Positions 24,152 to 39,200 of a stretch of 64,000 bases of DNA are shown piece after piece. Numbering within the stretch: the first letter of the stretch is position 1; each line of letters begins with the position of its first letter. The translations under genes and the position numbers were made by a program. Below the pieces are notes generated by a model, which worked only from the letters and a program-made list of their open reading frames with translations, did no database searches and had not been told where the DNA came from. The stretch is from Schmidtea polychroa (taxonomy: Eukaryota), in NCBI GenBank assembly GCA_044892525.1, contig CM097885.1, positions 30,258,001-30,322,000 on the forward strand. Reading direction: 5' to 3'.

Positions 24152-25423
24152 ATGAAAAATTTAAAGAACCTTTCCTCGATAGAAAAGATGAGTGCTGAAT
24201 ATCTTCAACGACTTATCGGTCGGGAATACTTCGTCGCAATCATTTTTGTAACCGTTCTTCTGACAATCGTCAGCATTACTGGGTTGATTGGAAATTATTT
24301 CGTAATTGTTGTTTTCAGTAAACATATTAAACAAGCAGTTTCGAATTTGTTTATCACATTTTTGGCTATTATTGACATGATCATTTGCGTAATCGATATC
24401 CCAATGACCCTGTATCTTGTGGTTTGGCAAAAGAATTCAGTTGACATCGTATGTAAACTCCACATAAGTCTTAAAGCTTTTTGTGTACCTGTGTCGGCTT
24501 TAATTTTAGTAATGATAGCCGTTGATAGATTCCTTATTATATGTTTCATTCCCAGTATTTTGATCCGAAAAACGTCTGCTGTAATTATATTATTATTAGT
24601 ATTTTTGTCAGGTATCGTTCTCGCTGTACCAATGGGTATTCATACTGGAATAAAAACCTTCTTCAAAACTTCCATAAAAGATGTTTTGATGCCACCGTTG
24701 TCGAAAGATTCAAATGATACGGTTTATATGTACAAAGTCAACTATAATGACATAGAAAGGCCCATGCAGAGACACCTTTTCAAATCCGGTAGTTGTGACA
24801 TAGATCAAACGTACATTAGTAAACTAAATTTTTCATATTACAAAATGGCATTATTTGTTCTTTTTACATTTCTCATGGTTTTGATTATCGTATTCTATTC
24901 GATAATTTTCATTTTTCTTTGGTCAAAGCACCAGAAAATGAAATCGTATAAAAACTCAAATAATCGAAAAAACCAAAAAGAAACATCGATAACGCTTTCT
25001 TCCAATCTTCTAAGAATGAGAAGTTTAAACAAACGGAAGAGCTCTTACAAACATTCAGTTGACATTGATGAGCCTAGTCTCAGTTATTCGTCAAATCTGA
25101 AACGACAACACAGCCATCGAAGAAGGAAACCCCATGTCAAAACCGCTTACACGTTAGCTCTAATAGCAGCCGCATTTATCGTTTCTTATTTGCCGTATTT
25201 GTTGATCAGTAATGACTTTATTCTACCCATTAGAATGACTAGACCCTTCAACAACCACCAACAAGTTCTCACTGATAAATATCTTTATTATTTTCGGCAA
25301 ATTCTATTTTACTTTTACTTTTTAAACAGCGCAATAAACCCAATTATTTATTCAGCTACCAATAACCAATTCAAATCGGACGTACGGAAAATGGGAATCG
25401 TGAAATGGTTTTTTAAAACGTAA
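24152..25423 (+). CDS. Class A (rhodopsin-like) GPCR, probably a peptide receptor; single coding exon
   Basis: Seven hydrophobic segments; GN in TM1, LAIID in TM2, IAVDRF, SYLPY in TM6, NSAINPIIY in TM7. Confidence 0.95.
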   Translation: MKNLKNLSSIEKMSAEYLQRLIGREYFVAIIFVTVLLTIVSITGLIGNYFVIVVFSKHIKQAVSNLFITFLAIIDMIICVIDIPMTLYLVVWQKNSVDIVCKLHISLKAFCVPVSALILVMIAVDRFLIICFIPSILIRKTSAVIILLLVFLSGIVLAVPMGIHTGIKTFFKTSIKDVLMPPLSKDSNDTVYMYKVNYNDIERPMQRHLFKSGSCDIDQTYISKLNFSYYKMALFVLFTFLMVLIIVFYSIIFIFLWSKHQKMKSYKNSNNRKNQKETSITLSSNLLRMRSLNKRKSSYKHSVDIDEPSLSYSSNLKRQHSHRRRKPHVKTAYTLALIAAAFIVSYLPYLLISNDFILPIRMTRPFNNHQQVLTDKYLYYFRQILFYFYFLNSAINPIIYSATNNQFKSDVRKMGIVKWFFKT

Positions 25424-28057
25424 ACTTGGAAGGATTTCGAGTAATATAACAAGTAATGTGGAGGTGTGTTCTTTTTACTTTTTTTGTTGTTATTCTAATA
25501 TAAATTGTTTTATTATTAGACTTCAGTTTAATTTCTAGCATGATTGCATCAAGGATGATCAGATGATATTTTACAAATAAATAGTAGCAGTATGTAGATG
25601 TGAACTTTCTAACTCACTAGGTGTTATTGAGCGCATTCTCCTTCCTCCTAGCAAAACACTCGGCAATGTAGATAGAGGGGGACATAGGTTGCATTTGCCT
25701 CCCACCAATAAATTAAAAATTTTCAAATATAAATTAGGGATGAAATATTTTAATTAAACCTTTACTTTGCTTTTGTTATGAGAATTGTATGAGAATAAAG
25801 AAAAACAGTGTATATTTTTAGTTAAGTCTTTTCAAATCCAAGACAGCACAACAATGCTCGCGCTAGTTATTCCTGTAGTTTGTCGGTCTTTTCGACACAA
25901 CAAAGTACATAGACGAGTGCCGGTTAACCGACCAGTTACATGTATTGTTGTACTCGGCTACGAGCGCAAACCACCCCCACTTCTCTGTATTTGACACATT
26001 TACTTGTATTAGTTTCGAGTTAATAGTTTTGAAGTGCAATAGTTTTTTTTATTTTATTTGTCATAAAACGAATAATAATCATTTGAATATTTTCCACTAC
26101 AGTAAGTACTATTATTCTTTTATTTTGTTCATTTTGTTATCGCTGCAATTTTATTGATAGGAAATTTCTATATTTTTTCGAAAGGAATGAAAAATTATAA
26201 AATCAGTATGAATTTATTTGTGTTGAGTTTTCAATTAAATAAATATGATAAAATATGATTAAATAAAGTCGGTGTTTCTGACTCCACATATTCTATAAAA
26301 GCAATTAAACAAACAATACTCAACGTATATTTGTTTTCGAATTTGTACAATTTACAATTTACAAAACTATGAATATCGCAATAGAAATGTCTGTTCTAAC
26401 TATTCGATAAGTTTAACTGTGACGGCATTGGTTCTGCACATTCTACAACAATAATCATTTCTTTACTTTAATCATTTGATTTAACTTGACCCTTTTCTCT
26501 TCTCTTTTGTTATTTTTATATTCTATTTCTAATAATTTTTTCTTTACCTGTTTTGTTTTGTTCGTTTATACCTGAGGCAAAATGTCGATTTTTTCTAAAT
26601 TTGAGTTTTTTTATATACTTAAATTAATAGCATTGATTATTAAAGTTTTAATCAAGTCATCTTTATTTGACAATCTTTACCTCGAGCCTTTTTTCATTTT
26701 TTCTTCGTTGAAGGAAATAATTAATTGTCCCACCGTGCATCTCCGTTGTGATAATCTTTTAGCTTTAACCCATTACTCATGCTGTCATGATAATCGTTTT
26801 TTTTGTTTACTTCTCTTTCTGTTTACCTAGCTTGGTTTTTCCTTAATCAATTAATTAACGATCTTCTGTTTATATAAATTTCCTTGCATTTTGACCCATT
26901 CTGAACATAATCTGATAAATCCATTCTCTCCATGATCTTTTCCATCATCTCAACTGCATCTGACCCGTTTTTCAAATTTTAATTCGATGATTTGTTGATC
27001 TCTTTATTTTGAAATTTCAAATACTCCCTTTTAATTACATGGAAATTATAATAATTTTAAATTTAACAACCCTAGTTTTTGTAAAGAGTCGTCACAACTT
27101 AAAAAATTAACAAAACCGAGAAATTTGTTTAAATGTGCTATTTAAGAAAGTTGGCCATAATAAAAAATTCCCCAAATTTTGATTATCTTTTATGCACTTT
27201 TTCACGACACCTTAAATTTTCGAGAATTCTTTGGAGAGTGTAACTCTTTTATTGTACAGTTTATTCAATATCTATGTAACTCATAAAATATTAAATCTTT
27301 CAAATTTTTTATTCATTTTATTGCATTAATTTTTTATTTAATCAGAATTAAATGGATGTTTTTGTATATTGAACCAGGACTTGTTTTTGGTACACATGGA
27401 CGTGTCGACAGTGAGTATTACGAGCTCCTTCGTTGAAAATGATTACTCATGTATTCTAAAAGTCGGAATTTAATGGAATTGTGTAAGAATTAGATAAAAA
27501 GAATTAGAATTTAGGTGGAAATGGCGGTGTTATGGGTTTCTTAGTGTTTAGCATATATTTAATTCCTTTATGATCTGTTCGAAGACGGAACGTGTTTCCT
27601 ATATGTAGTGCCCATTTTCATCTCTTTGGGATAGTACTAATAGTAATGATATCAAAACTGCAAACAATTGGTAAACCTCTAATGTATATTAAAAGCCTGT
27701 ACCAAAATACAATGATATTATTATGTTATTATCAATTTTTCAACTCAAAATTTGATATTTCTATAAAGAATTCTTGTTACTTTATCGAGTTTATTGGTTA
27801 AAATGATAATGCTGGTAATATAATTAAAGAATTATAAATCATAAATGTTAATAATATTTTACGCTAAAGCTATTGGTTATTTAATGATTTACCATTTTGA
27901 GTTGGACATGAAAATCCGGAATGAAAGTGTTTTAAATTAAAATAAGAAAAATTAAATTCATATTTTTTATTAAGCCAACTGATACGGTGGTATTTAATGT
28001 TTTAAAATTGTACTATGAATTGCGTGGTGGGTTTTGATTAACTTTTCGTTTTCAATT

Positions 28058-30048
28058 ACACCTAAATCCGAAATATAAAAGTTTCTATAATCTAAAAAAA
28101 TCCGATAAAATTATAATATAGTAACACACAAACTTACCTGTGTGTAAAGATTTAATGTTCCGAAAGTTAAAAGTTTTATTATAGGAATTGAGAAAGTGAC
28201 AGAAAAATAATTTTACATACAAACACAGCACACATAATATAAAATACATGCAAATTTATTATAGCGTTTTTTATTCCGAAAGTTAAAAGTAATTATCATA
28301 TTGTTAACATATCATTATTTCTAATATATTAAAAATTCATGGGGAAAAATTTTAGATTTTGAATCGGACAACTCTACTTTGAACTTTCGAGAAAAGGACG
28401 ACAAAACATAGTAAGAATTATTTATAAAATATTTTTGAAGTTAATATTTATTTACATTTTTAGATATTTCTCTGGAAACGCTACCGTTTCGCTAAAGTGA
28501 AGAATTGACAATGGAAGAATTTATTCATTTAATTGCAAATAATTAAAATATTTTACAGTATATCAGATATTTCTTGTCAAACGACTTTGTGTGAAGGTAT
28601 CATTTCCAATATCCAACAAGGTCCATTGACTTCTTTGGATTTGCAGAAAAAACTTTGAAAATGGTAAATTTTAATAACTTGTATAAAAAAATAATATTTT
28701 CATTGAATTACATAAAATGACAAAACTCGCCATATCAATGAGCTGGAGAAAGAAGATTACAAAAACTTAAAAAAGCTACGCTGCTTCTTTCTTAAATATC
28801 TTATAAAGATAAATGTGTTTGGTGATTTCTTTATTTATTTATAGTTAAAAATATATCTAACATACATTTTAACGAAATAATTCCAAATAAATTCATAAAA
28901 TGTCATAAAAATCCTAAGATAAACCCTGAAAATTAATTAAAAATAATCTATAATCAAAATGTTGACGACAAGTAATATTTAAGAGCTTGAATAATGATCT
29001 AATAATTATATAAAATCAAAATTTAAACCTTAAAAGGTACTTAAATTAAAAAAAATTGTAAAATTGAATAAATGAAATGAAGTAAATAACTTCATACTCT
29101 CATGAATTGTGAGTCATCCACTGATGAACACACCAACGTGCATTATAGAAACTTTTATACACAAAACACTACTGAGATATATTCCCTATAGTGGTGGTTG
29201 GAATGTACAGCAATTTCTCACTCACTAATTCATGTACTGAATTGCTTATCATTTATTTATTCTGGAAATTTATTTCAGCCATTTTACAAATGGCTTTCAA
29301 GTAATTCTTTTATTTAAAGTAAATTTTAAGACTTGAATTTTAATTCATATAGATATGAGATCATTATTCAAGTTCTTAAATATAACTTTTAATCAACAGT
29401 ATAATTATAAATTATTTTTAATTAATTTTCAGGGATTTTTTAGGAATTTTATGACATTTATCTTTAAGTATTTTGGAATTATTTCGAAAAAATGTGAGTC
29501 AGATATATTTTTAATTATAATTAAATAAATCAATCACCAAAAATATGTATTTTTTTAAAACATTTTGGGAAAAATCGCCGAATATGAATAAAATAATCTT
29601 TTTAATTTTTGTAGTCTTCTTTTCTGAGCTCAATATGGGGGATTCTTTCAGGAAATCAAATCTGGATTGAAAAGACATTGAACCAGATTCATCTGCTCTT
29701 AATATTTTCATTAAAAATATATTTTTAAAAATTTTCAGCGATCTTTTTTTTCTAAAAATTGTCTAAAATAAAGTTAATATAGAAACGTATCTCAGTGATG
29801 CATTTCTACGAATCAAAAGTTTGTATGTGATTTTTAATATGTGTTGCGCTTGTGTGCAGTTTTTATTTTTTCTTCCACTTTTGAGATTTCTACAGTATAA
29901 GATGTATCTCACTGAGATATAAATGAGAACATCAACATGAAATCAAATTAAGTATGTATGTTTCAATAATGTAAGATTATTGATTTTTTTGTTATATTAT
30001 AGGAAACGGTTCTCAGTGGTGTTTGGTGTATTTCGGATTTAGGTGTAC
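28058..30048. mobile_element. Old ~2-kb fold-back (long-TIR) element
   Basis: TACACCTAAATCCGAAATA at 28058 is the reverse complement of 30029-30047; 28740-29000 aligns inverted to 29355-29630. Confidence 0.65.
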
Positions 30049-30926
30049 TGTTAATGGTTAATCCTAAAGTTAATTATCGCGTCTGTGTGTGCTTTGGTTT
30101 TGAAAGTGTACTTATTTTAGTGTTTGCGCACAGACGCGAACAATGTTTCTTGATTTTTTTAAGTTGTTGGAATTTTCGATTTATGTTTTGGAAAAGTTAG
30201 CGGAAAGCTGTATTCATAAGTGTCATTCTCGATAAAATATTACTCAATAGCTATTTTACTGGATAAATAAAGTGCTTTAAGAAATTAATCAAAAATTGAT
30301 TAATTAAAATTCGATAATTTTCCCGACTTATTTTTTATAGGTTTTTCAAAATTTTTATCCATTTATTATTTCGCTTTTGATACTTCACGAAAAATTATTA
30401 TATAATATTTTAATAAATTAATAATTTTTAATAAACTTTTAAAAAATTAAAAATTTTAAATATAAATTATTCATAAGAAGAATATTTTTAAAAAAAGTGT
30501 AGACTAATTAAATAAGTAATTACAGATAAATATGATAAAATAAAATTACTAATCCAGCAAAAAAATATGAAAAAGAGACACCATAACAAAAATAGTTTCA
30601 AAAAATTCTACAAATGAAAATATAGGAATTATTAAATGAAATAAAATTTATGATAAAATGGCAATAGAAAATGTGCCAGATTATAAATGAGCAAAGGATC
30701 ACAATAGATGTGTCGGGACAGTAAAAATGATTAAGAAAAATCTTTTATTTTTAGTCACCTTTGATTTGTTTTCTATATTTGATGATATTTATGAATAAAT
30801 TCATCATCTTTCATTTTATTGATAAATATTAATATAAACCTTTTTGTTGCAAAGTATATATTTAATTTAATTCAATATATACTTTGCAGCAAAAAGGCTT
30901 ATATTATTATTCATTTATTCAACATT

Positions 30927-31150
30927 TAACACTAGACATACTATAACGGGTCAAATGACCCATTTTGAACTTTTGCAATGAAAATGCACGTATCATTTTA
31001 TTGCTTTTGCACATTTGACTTCATGACTTTTTCGAACTAATTAATCTACAGTTAATATAGTATTTTTTTATTTTTGTTGTTTTGTTTATGTTGAGTAATA
31101 CTTGTCGTATACTGTTATCTACCACAGCGGGTCATTTGACCCTGAGAGCA
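30927..31150 (+). mobile_element. piggyBac-like left end
   Basis: TTAA+CACTAG start and subterminal CGGGTCAAATGACCC / CGGGTCATTTGACCC palindromes. Confidence 0.5.
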
Positions 31151-32454
31151 TTCGTTTGTTTTAAGCAGTTTTAGTTGCACATTTCTGCAAAAACTGTTGC
31201 GTAAAGCAGTTCAATCAAAATAGCTGAGAATAATTTCAAGAAAATATTAAAATTTCATATTGGATTTTGGTTTCAGTGTTTCAAAAGGTAGATTAATATT
31301 TGAAATTACCATGAAATTATCACTTTATACATTATTCATAAATAAAAATTAAATTGAAATTTAGAAGAGGCAGTAGGAAGTTCATTTGAAAATATTTTAC
31401 TGAATTTTAATGAATGTATGAAATTTTATTTCAATCACCGTATTTATTATAAAACTGAAGATTGAAAAATCCTTTATATTATAGGAATTATAGATAGGGA
31501 AATTTTGATAAATAAAGTGAGCATTAATACTGAACTTTATTGTCCAAAATGAACAAAAAATTGCTAAATCATGTCCAAATTTGGTGATCAGAAGAGGTAG
31601 AAAGCATTTGAATAATAGTATAAAACTGAATAAAAAAACAGTGGAAAATTTGTTATATCCAAATTAATCAAGCATTTCTTTTTCTTGTTCAAAAAATTCA
31701 AAGAACATTTCCATTGGAATTGAAAAGAGATCTGAACATTGGTAGAAGCCTGAAGAATATTTAGGTGAAGAATATTAATTATATTTTCTTTATCAATATA
31801 TCTTTTTTCTTTAAATTATTTTTTTTTATTTTTGAACGCAATATATATATTTGATAATAAGAAAAATATTATAAATAAATATTAAATAAAATAAAATTTT
31901 AAATTATTAAAACACGGAAAATTCATTCATATCAAAAATATTAAATAAACAATAAATAAATATTTAAATATGAAATAATTATTAAAATAAGTAATAAATA
32001 AAATTTAAATGATAAAAAACATTCATTGCCAAAATATTAAATAAAGAAATAGTAAGTAAAAATTTAATAAATAATTTATATAATATTAAATAAATATTAA
32101 ATTATTATTAAATAAATATTAAATAAATAATAAATAAAATTTAAATGATTAAAATTGGAGAAATTCATTCATAGCAGAACAACAACGTATAATTAAACAC
32201 ATAGACTTATTTATGAAGCCAATAAATGAGACACTTCTATAATTATTCAGTTTGTCATTTCTAGTAATCATTGTTTATAATTAATTCACTGAATAATAAT
32301 TTTCAAACGGAAAAAGGTGCAATCAAAATTTTCTAGCAAATGAAACTGGTATTATAATTATTGAAGAATTTAATTTTGCCAAATTTTAATTTATTTTAGA
32401 ATTTTCTATTTCATCGACAATTTTCATATTAATGCTTACAAAACTATAGATCAA

Positions 32455-32576
<122 letters not shown>

Positions 32577-33339
32577 TATTTGATCTGCAAATACTTATTG
32601 AATTAAAAAAAGATTAAAAATGAAACCAAAAGATAAAGTGTAATATAATTTTATAATTAATTCCAACCTTGGTTGATGTTGGCATGATTATAGTTTACTG
32701 ATATTAAGTATTATTTGTCAAAATTCATTATAGTTGGTAAACTATAGATAATATTTGTAACTATTAATCGTATCTGTAAGAAATATATATAGTCTATTTA
32801 TAGTGTTCAAAAACATTAAAATAGTAGGAATATAAAAATTACCGTTTGGTAATTGAAAGGTTTAATCGTTATTACATTCATCATCTTCCTCTTTTTTGGT
32901 TAATTTAATTTTAATATTTTTTTTTATTTGCATAAGGGTAAAGTGACCAGACGTCATGGATTATGCAGGGCTTTTCCGGATTTATAACGTATGTTCTGCA
33001 TTGAAAATTGTACCAGAAAGTGTCCCGTATTGCACATCTTACCTTATTATTGCTATCTATTTGTAAAATAACTTTTTCAATTAAATAACACTGCTTTGGT
33101 TTAACTGGTAACAATTATTTAAATTCAAAAATTCAAATGTTTCAATTTAAATATGTCATGAGCTTTTAGCGAATTCACATTGCTTAAATATTTAAAAAAA
33201 ATCTATTTCTATAATTGCTATTTAAGTTTAAAAAGTTTAAGTGTACAAAACAAAAGTGCTAAGTTAAAATTTTGCTATATGTAACAGCGACTTCTCGATT
33301 GGCTTGGGTGGTAAAAATGATATAATCAGACATGTTTTT

Positions 33340-33900
33340 TTTGTAGAATTTTTTGAATTAGTAAAAGTAGATCCATGAACAATTCAATCAGAAATTATAA
33401 AATGTTTTAATAGTGTTGAGTTTACAGAAATCTATTTGCAAAACAATTTAGTTAAGTTTTGTTCTGAAGGTATAGCATTATACTGGGGGAAAATAGATAG
33501 TGAACGCTAGAACTTTAAGGTAGTTCTTAAGCATTATAGCTTGGCATTGTTTAAATCATAATATATAATTAGTTTTATACAATACAATAACAAAAATAAA
33601 GCGGATAAATCAATAAAGTGAAAATTAAATTGAACTTAACAAAATATTTTAAGAACTTGGAATTATAAATACATTTTGGGGTAAAACAGGGTTAGGTCAT
33701 ATATGGCTATGTGGTGGGCTTATTCAGTCTTATATAGTCATTTATCTTTACATCAACAATACTTAGGTATGGCGACTCACTTTTCCAACAAATATTTATT
33801 ACATGATTTGGCAATAATGACGGATATCAAATGTATTAGAAGCAAAAAATATAGATCTGATGACATTGAAAAAACAATAATACGAAAAATTAAGGCATTA
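33340..33900 (+). mobile_element. hAT transposase remnant (ZNF862/KIAA1586-like)
   Basis: Degenerate NNLVKFCSEG (cf. F.SDGA), WHCLNH (CxxH motif) and AMWWAYSVLYSH. Confidence 0.55.
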
Positions 33901-34011
33901 ATAATGAAATAAAGACAATAATTATGTTCACAAAACTTAATAATAATTACCACCTTACTACTTACTAAATAACAGTAATCGATAAATATTCCACTACTAA
34001 ATAATGTGTAA

Positions 34012-34935
34012 GTTAAACATATTTAATTTCTAAGAAGGAATTTGAGTCACCCACAACAATGTTGATACTGCAATTGAATTGACTACAATATTTAACCAAT
34101 TTCACATATTGAACCTCACACACTCGAATTATTTATTAGTTATATTAATTATTTATTTTATTTTATTTATTTTTCTTTTTCATTATTATTTAATGTCTCT
34201 ATATATTTTAATAATAATAACATATGGATAATGGCTAGTCAGTTTATATATCAAAATTATTATTTAAAACAATATCAATAATAACAACACACCAAAAAAT
34301 TACAATGACAATGACAAGTATATTAATGATTTTATGAATAGTCTGGTGATTATTCTGCAAATTTCACATTATTCCCTATCCTATAATAATCATATATTAG
34401 ACTTTCATTCTTTCTCACCAAAACCCTTTTATGGCAATTATTTGTAAGCGTGACTTTGGCAGTTTTAGAGATATATAATTGGTGGTTGCTGATACATATT
34501 CTAAATCGAGACACCTTAGGTGTTTCTAATTCATTGTAACAATCCACATACGACTGGTGTTTAATGCCTGTATTTTCAATTTAACACCTTTTGCTATCGT
34601 CGTATTCGTTTTACCTAGTAAACTATAACATTTTGTCGCAGAAATATTCACTCTTTGTGACCACTACCTTAACTCTCATCTTTAAATTTTCCAATTACAG
34701 AGTGAAAATTTTTGCTATATAAAGACTGAGTTAAATCATAGTTAGACGTATCTAAAGAATTTTTATTGATCGCTGGAGGCACAAGAGTCTCAAGTTAAAC
34801 ATATTTAATTTCTAAGAAGGAATTTGAGTCACCCACAACAATATTGATACTGCAATGGAATTGACTACAATATTTAACCAATTTCACATATTGAAGCTCA
34901 CACACTCGAAGCTTAGATAAATCCAAATGTGATAT
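34012..34935 (-). pseudogene. Second Polinton pPolB C-terminal remnant with partial duplication
   Basis: LDLSKLRVCELQY...INIVVGDSNSFLEIK and FRI..SNHQL align to the 8781-9774 PolB; 34012-34128 repeats 34793-34909. Confidence 0.85.
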
Positions 34936-35505
34936 GTACACTTTTAAATGCAAAATTATGAGAGCCTCTAAGTGTACAGGATCTCTTGGCACTGTCAGAT
35001 CAAGAGCAGTGAGCGGATTGCTAACATTTGTGAATCCCATTTCTGATAATAGGTCATTCTGATCCTGAAAGAATAAATATTTTGACTCAAATTTTTATTT
35101 TTCAACTTGGTGTAATTTCTATTTATTTATCTTTTAAAATGAAAAATATTTTCCATTTCGGTTGGCATCATTTTGATGCTTTTTCCTCGTAGCTCTTAAT
35201 TAGCGCAACATTTGAACGTTATTTACAGAAAATTGTCTTGCACTAGAAATAAAGCATTTTCATTTCATTCACAAGAACTAATTGAATTGGAAACTCCACT
35301 AAAATAATTATTTAATGGAAATGAAAATTTAGAGAATATATTCTAATTAATTGCTATTTCATGTTGCTAAATAATTCCATTAATAAATGAATAAATTTTG
35401 ATTTCATGTTCGGAAAATTTCAAATTTAACTTGTTAATTCATTTTTATAATTTAAATTAAATTATTTAAATTTTAGCCATAATAGTAAAGCGGAAAAATT
35501 TGATT

Positions 35506-35695
<190 letters not shown>

Positions 35696-36188
35696 TAAAC
35701 AGCCAAGCTTTGTGATACCCAGTGCAAAACCCAATAGTAGACTATTTTCGAGCTTTTGGCTCTCATCAATATTATACAAGAAACGCGAAGATTTCTCTTC
35801 GCGCCAGGTAAGTATACAATATTTCTGATCCAGATTTATTGCATACATCCCTTGATAACTGAGTTAAGAAATTTTTTATAAGCAAATTTTTTATGATAAA
35901 TTGTTTTTGAAAAGTAGCTATAGAATCTTTTAAAATTTAAAAACTTTTATATTCTCTTGTTTTGAGTTTTACAGAAATTTTAATTTCAAATTCTTGGAAA
36001 AAAGTTTATTTTATTTATTAATTTATTTCATCCAATGAGAAGGAAAATTAAAACAGTTAAATTTCCAGAAATTAATAAGGATAATCGTATAATCGAAAAT
36101 TATTTCATTTTCTTAAAAATATACTTTGCAGCAGAAAGGCTTATATTATCATTTATTTGTTTAATTTTATTATTATTATATTATTATA

Positions 36189-36284
<96 letters not shown>

Positions 36285-39200
36285 GAGAAAAAGAACAACA
36301 AGAACAAGAAGATTTAACTTTATTCGTAGTTGTTTCATGACTATTTCACTAAAACAAAATTAATTTTCCAATTTAATAGAAGCGGAGTATTAAATATAAA
36401 TAATATTTTGACAAATCGCATTATACAATCTCAACATACCACAAACATTTAAAAATATTAAACATAGTTTTATTTTGATTTTTATTTCTAATAACATTTA
36501 ATGTTTCCTTAATGATTCTATTCAAAGAAGAAAGTTTTCGGCCACAAAAATGAATTGCTGAGAAATACTTTGTTCAAATGAAGGCATTGAGAGTATATGC
36601 CTTGATATTACAGACCCACTTCCAGAATGTCAAAGAAATTAACATTCTTTAAATGATGCTCAATTAAAAAGTGATTTCATGAATGAATTTTGTGAGCTTT
36701 GTGAATTAGTCCGAGTATTGTTCGTCTTTACTTCGATGAGGGAAACGGATTGAGCGAAAGGATATTTGGAACGGGAAAAGATGGAATGAATATATGCAGC
36801 ATGGAAGTAGTTTTCTGTCAGTTGGGTTGAGTCATTGCCATTTCTTGAAATGGGAAAGAGAGAATAGGTAAATAAAACTATATGATATTCGCCTAATTAA
36901 GTGGTTTTCGAGAAGTCAATGATCAAGTCAGAAGAAAACCAATCAGATACCGAGAATGCTTCTTTTCAAAAGAGGCATGTTGTGTTTAAATAATATAAAA
37001 AAACTGCAGAATTTAATTGTGTAATATAAGATATTATTTTAAAGAGTTTACTTTCATATTTTTTGTATAAAATCCATTTTTTCATTTTTTTTCATAATTT
37101 ACATAATTTTACTCAACATTTCTATTTTTTTGGCAGTTGCAACATTTGCTACTAATTTTATAAATATTTTATAGACGTTTTATTTAGTATTATTTCCTTA
37201 TGATTTAATTTTAATATTCTTTTTCTATTTTATATCATTATTTTGTTTCAGTTATATTTTTCTTATTTAAACAACTGACTTTATTGTTTTTTAATAATTT
37301 ATGGATATCATTTTAAATATTATTACAATATCATTCATTATATATTTTTTTGTATTTTTCATTATTTAAGTATTTTATCTTAATTTTCCAACAACAATAA
37401 TATAAGTAAAAACAACTAAAATAAAATTCGATGGGAATAAATTTACATAAAAATAAACAAATTATTAATTATTAACTTATTTATATGTTATTCGTCATTT
37501 ATTTATGAAACTGTTATGTGGCAATTAAGAGATAATTGAATATAAAATATTCTGGATATTTTCTTATCATTTCTATTATCGGTGTGAGCAACAAAAATAT
37601 TAAATAATATTAAATAATATTTTGTTATAAAAATGTGGCAAAAATTTCAAAAATTTTTTTAAAATTAAATTAATTCGAAAGATTATATTCTTTCAAATAT
37701 ATTAATTATAAAGAAATTAAATTTTAAAGCTTTGGTGTATTTCTATGATGGATTTCTTTTTCAATAATCTGCAACGAACAAATCAAACGTAAAACTAGTA
37801 GAAATCACGAGAATTTGGAAAATGTACAAAAACAGCTCATTTGGTTTATATTTTGCACATTTTGAGACATGCATCTTAAATATTTGATTTTTGCAATTAT
37901 TTCTGAGATTACTTTTTTATTTTAGTAGAACGAATAAATATTACAATGGTCAACATGTTGATTTTACATGAACTCGGTATAAAACTCTTAAGAAACTCAA
38001 CGACCTTCTACATTTAAAGTAAGAGATCAGTTCCATAAAATGAAAAAATTCGGCTTTATTTAAAAATGTTATCATTCAACTTTGAAATTACTTCTGCTTT
38101 TTTCTTCAAATGAGGCTTTTAAAATTAGAATTTAACTAAGAATCGCAACGCTCACTGGATCATTAACATTATTTTTCTTTGGAGTTCCAAACTTTAGAAG
38201 ATAAAAGAATATCTTTTAAAATGGAATATAACTGGAATATAGCATTGTTTAAGATTTTTTCAAAAGTTCTTAATTATTCCAGAAAACTTTCTGATTACTG
38301 GAATTGTTTTATCCAAAAACTTCTTTGAAAAACAAAACATAATGGTATTATTAAAACAAAATGCTAATAATTAAAATTATATTTAAATAAATTAATAAAT
38401 ATTAAAAATAATTATTTTTACTATTTGTAATATTTTGAATCAACTTCTAATCTATACTCAGTTGTAATTTTATTATGGATGGCTGGGTATATTATCATAA
38501 ATTATGATTACATTTATAATATAGGCAAAAGCAATATGAAAAAAAACGTGGAAAATTTGTTTAAATATCTCTCTGAAAATTTTAGATTTTTCTGAGAATT
38601 TCATAAAGTCTAGGACATCTTGAAAAGACTCTCAATATCCTAAAAAATGAAAGTATAAGCAAATATCGCGAAATTACATTTGGTTGAGTTTAGTATTTTT
38701 AATTGCTGTTGTTCATATTTGAGGATAAAATAATTGTCGCCTATCAAAATTAAGCCTAGAATTCTTAAAAAATAAATTGTGATGGTATTTAAAAATATAA
38801 AACATCAGGTAAATCAATTCACAGCCCCCCCCTTCCAAATGGCTATACGCTATTTTCAGTTTCTCAGTGTTTCTGTGAGTAGTATATTTAAATTAGTGTC
38901 GAAACATAATGTGACAAATGGGCTTCAAATATCTAGGCCGAAAAAATACTCCGGCAAAAACACGAGAATTATTGTTAATTATTTTTTTGGCTTTTGATAA
39001 ATTTCCTTTATTTTCATTTCTTTTATAGACTAGAAATTAATATTTTGTTTTAAACAAATAACACAAATATTTGGCACTGAGAGATAATCCTAAACAGAAA
39101 TTATAATAATAGAAATAAATATTTTATTATTTCTTATTAATTTTAATACGTTGAAAATATTAAAATTATTTATTTAACTGTTTCTAACGAAATTAAATGT

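Noticed and set aside
24161..24549. Minus-strand ORFs over the GPCR
   Set aside because: Antisense shadows of the real CDS.
36520..36980. Higher-GC, coding-like patch (similar patches at ~15.5 and 37.8 kb)
   Set aside because: Stops occur throughout and no recognisable motif was found.
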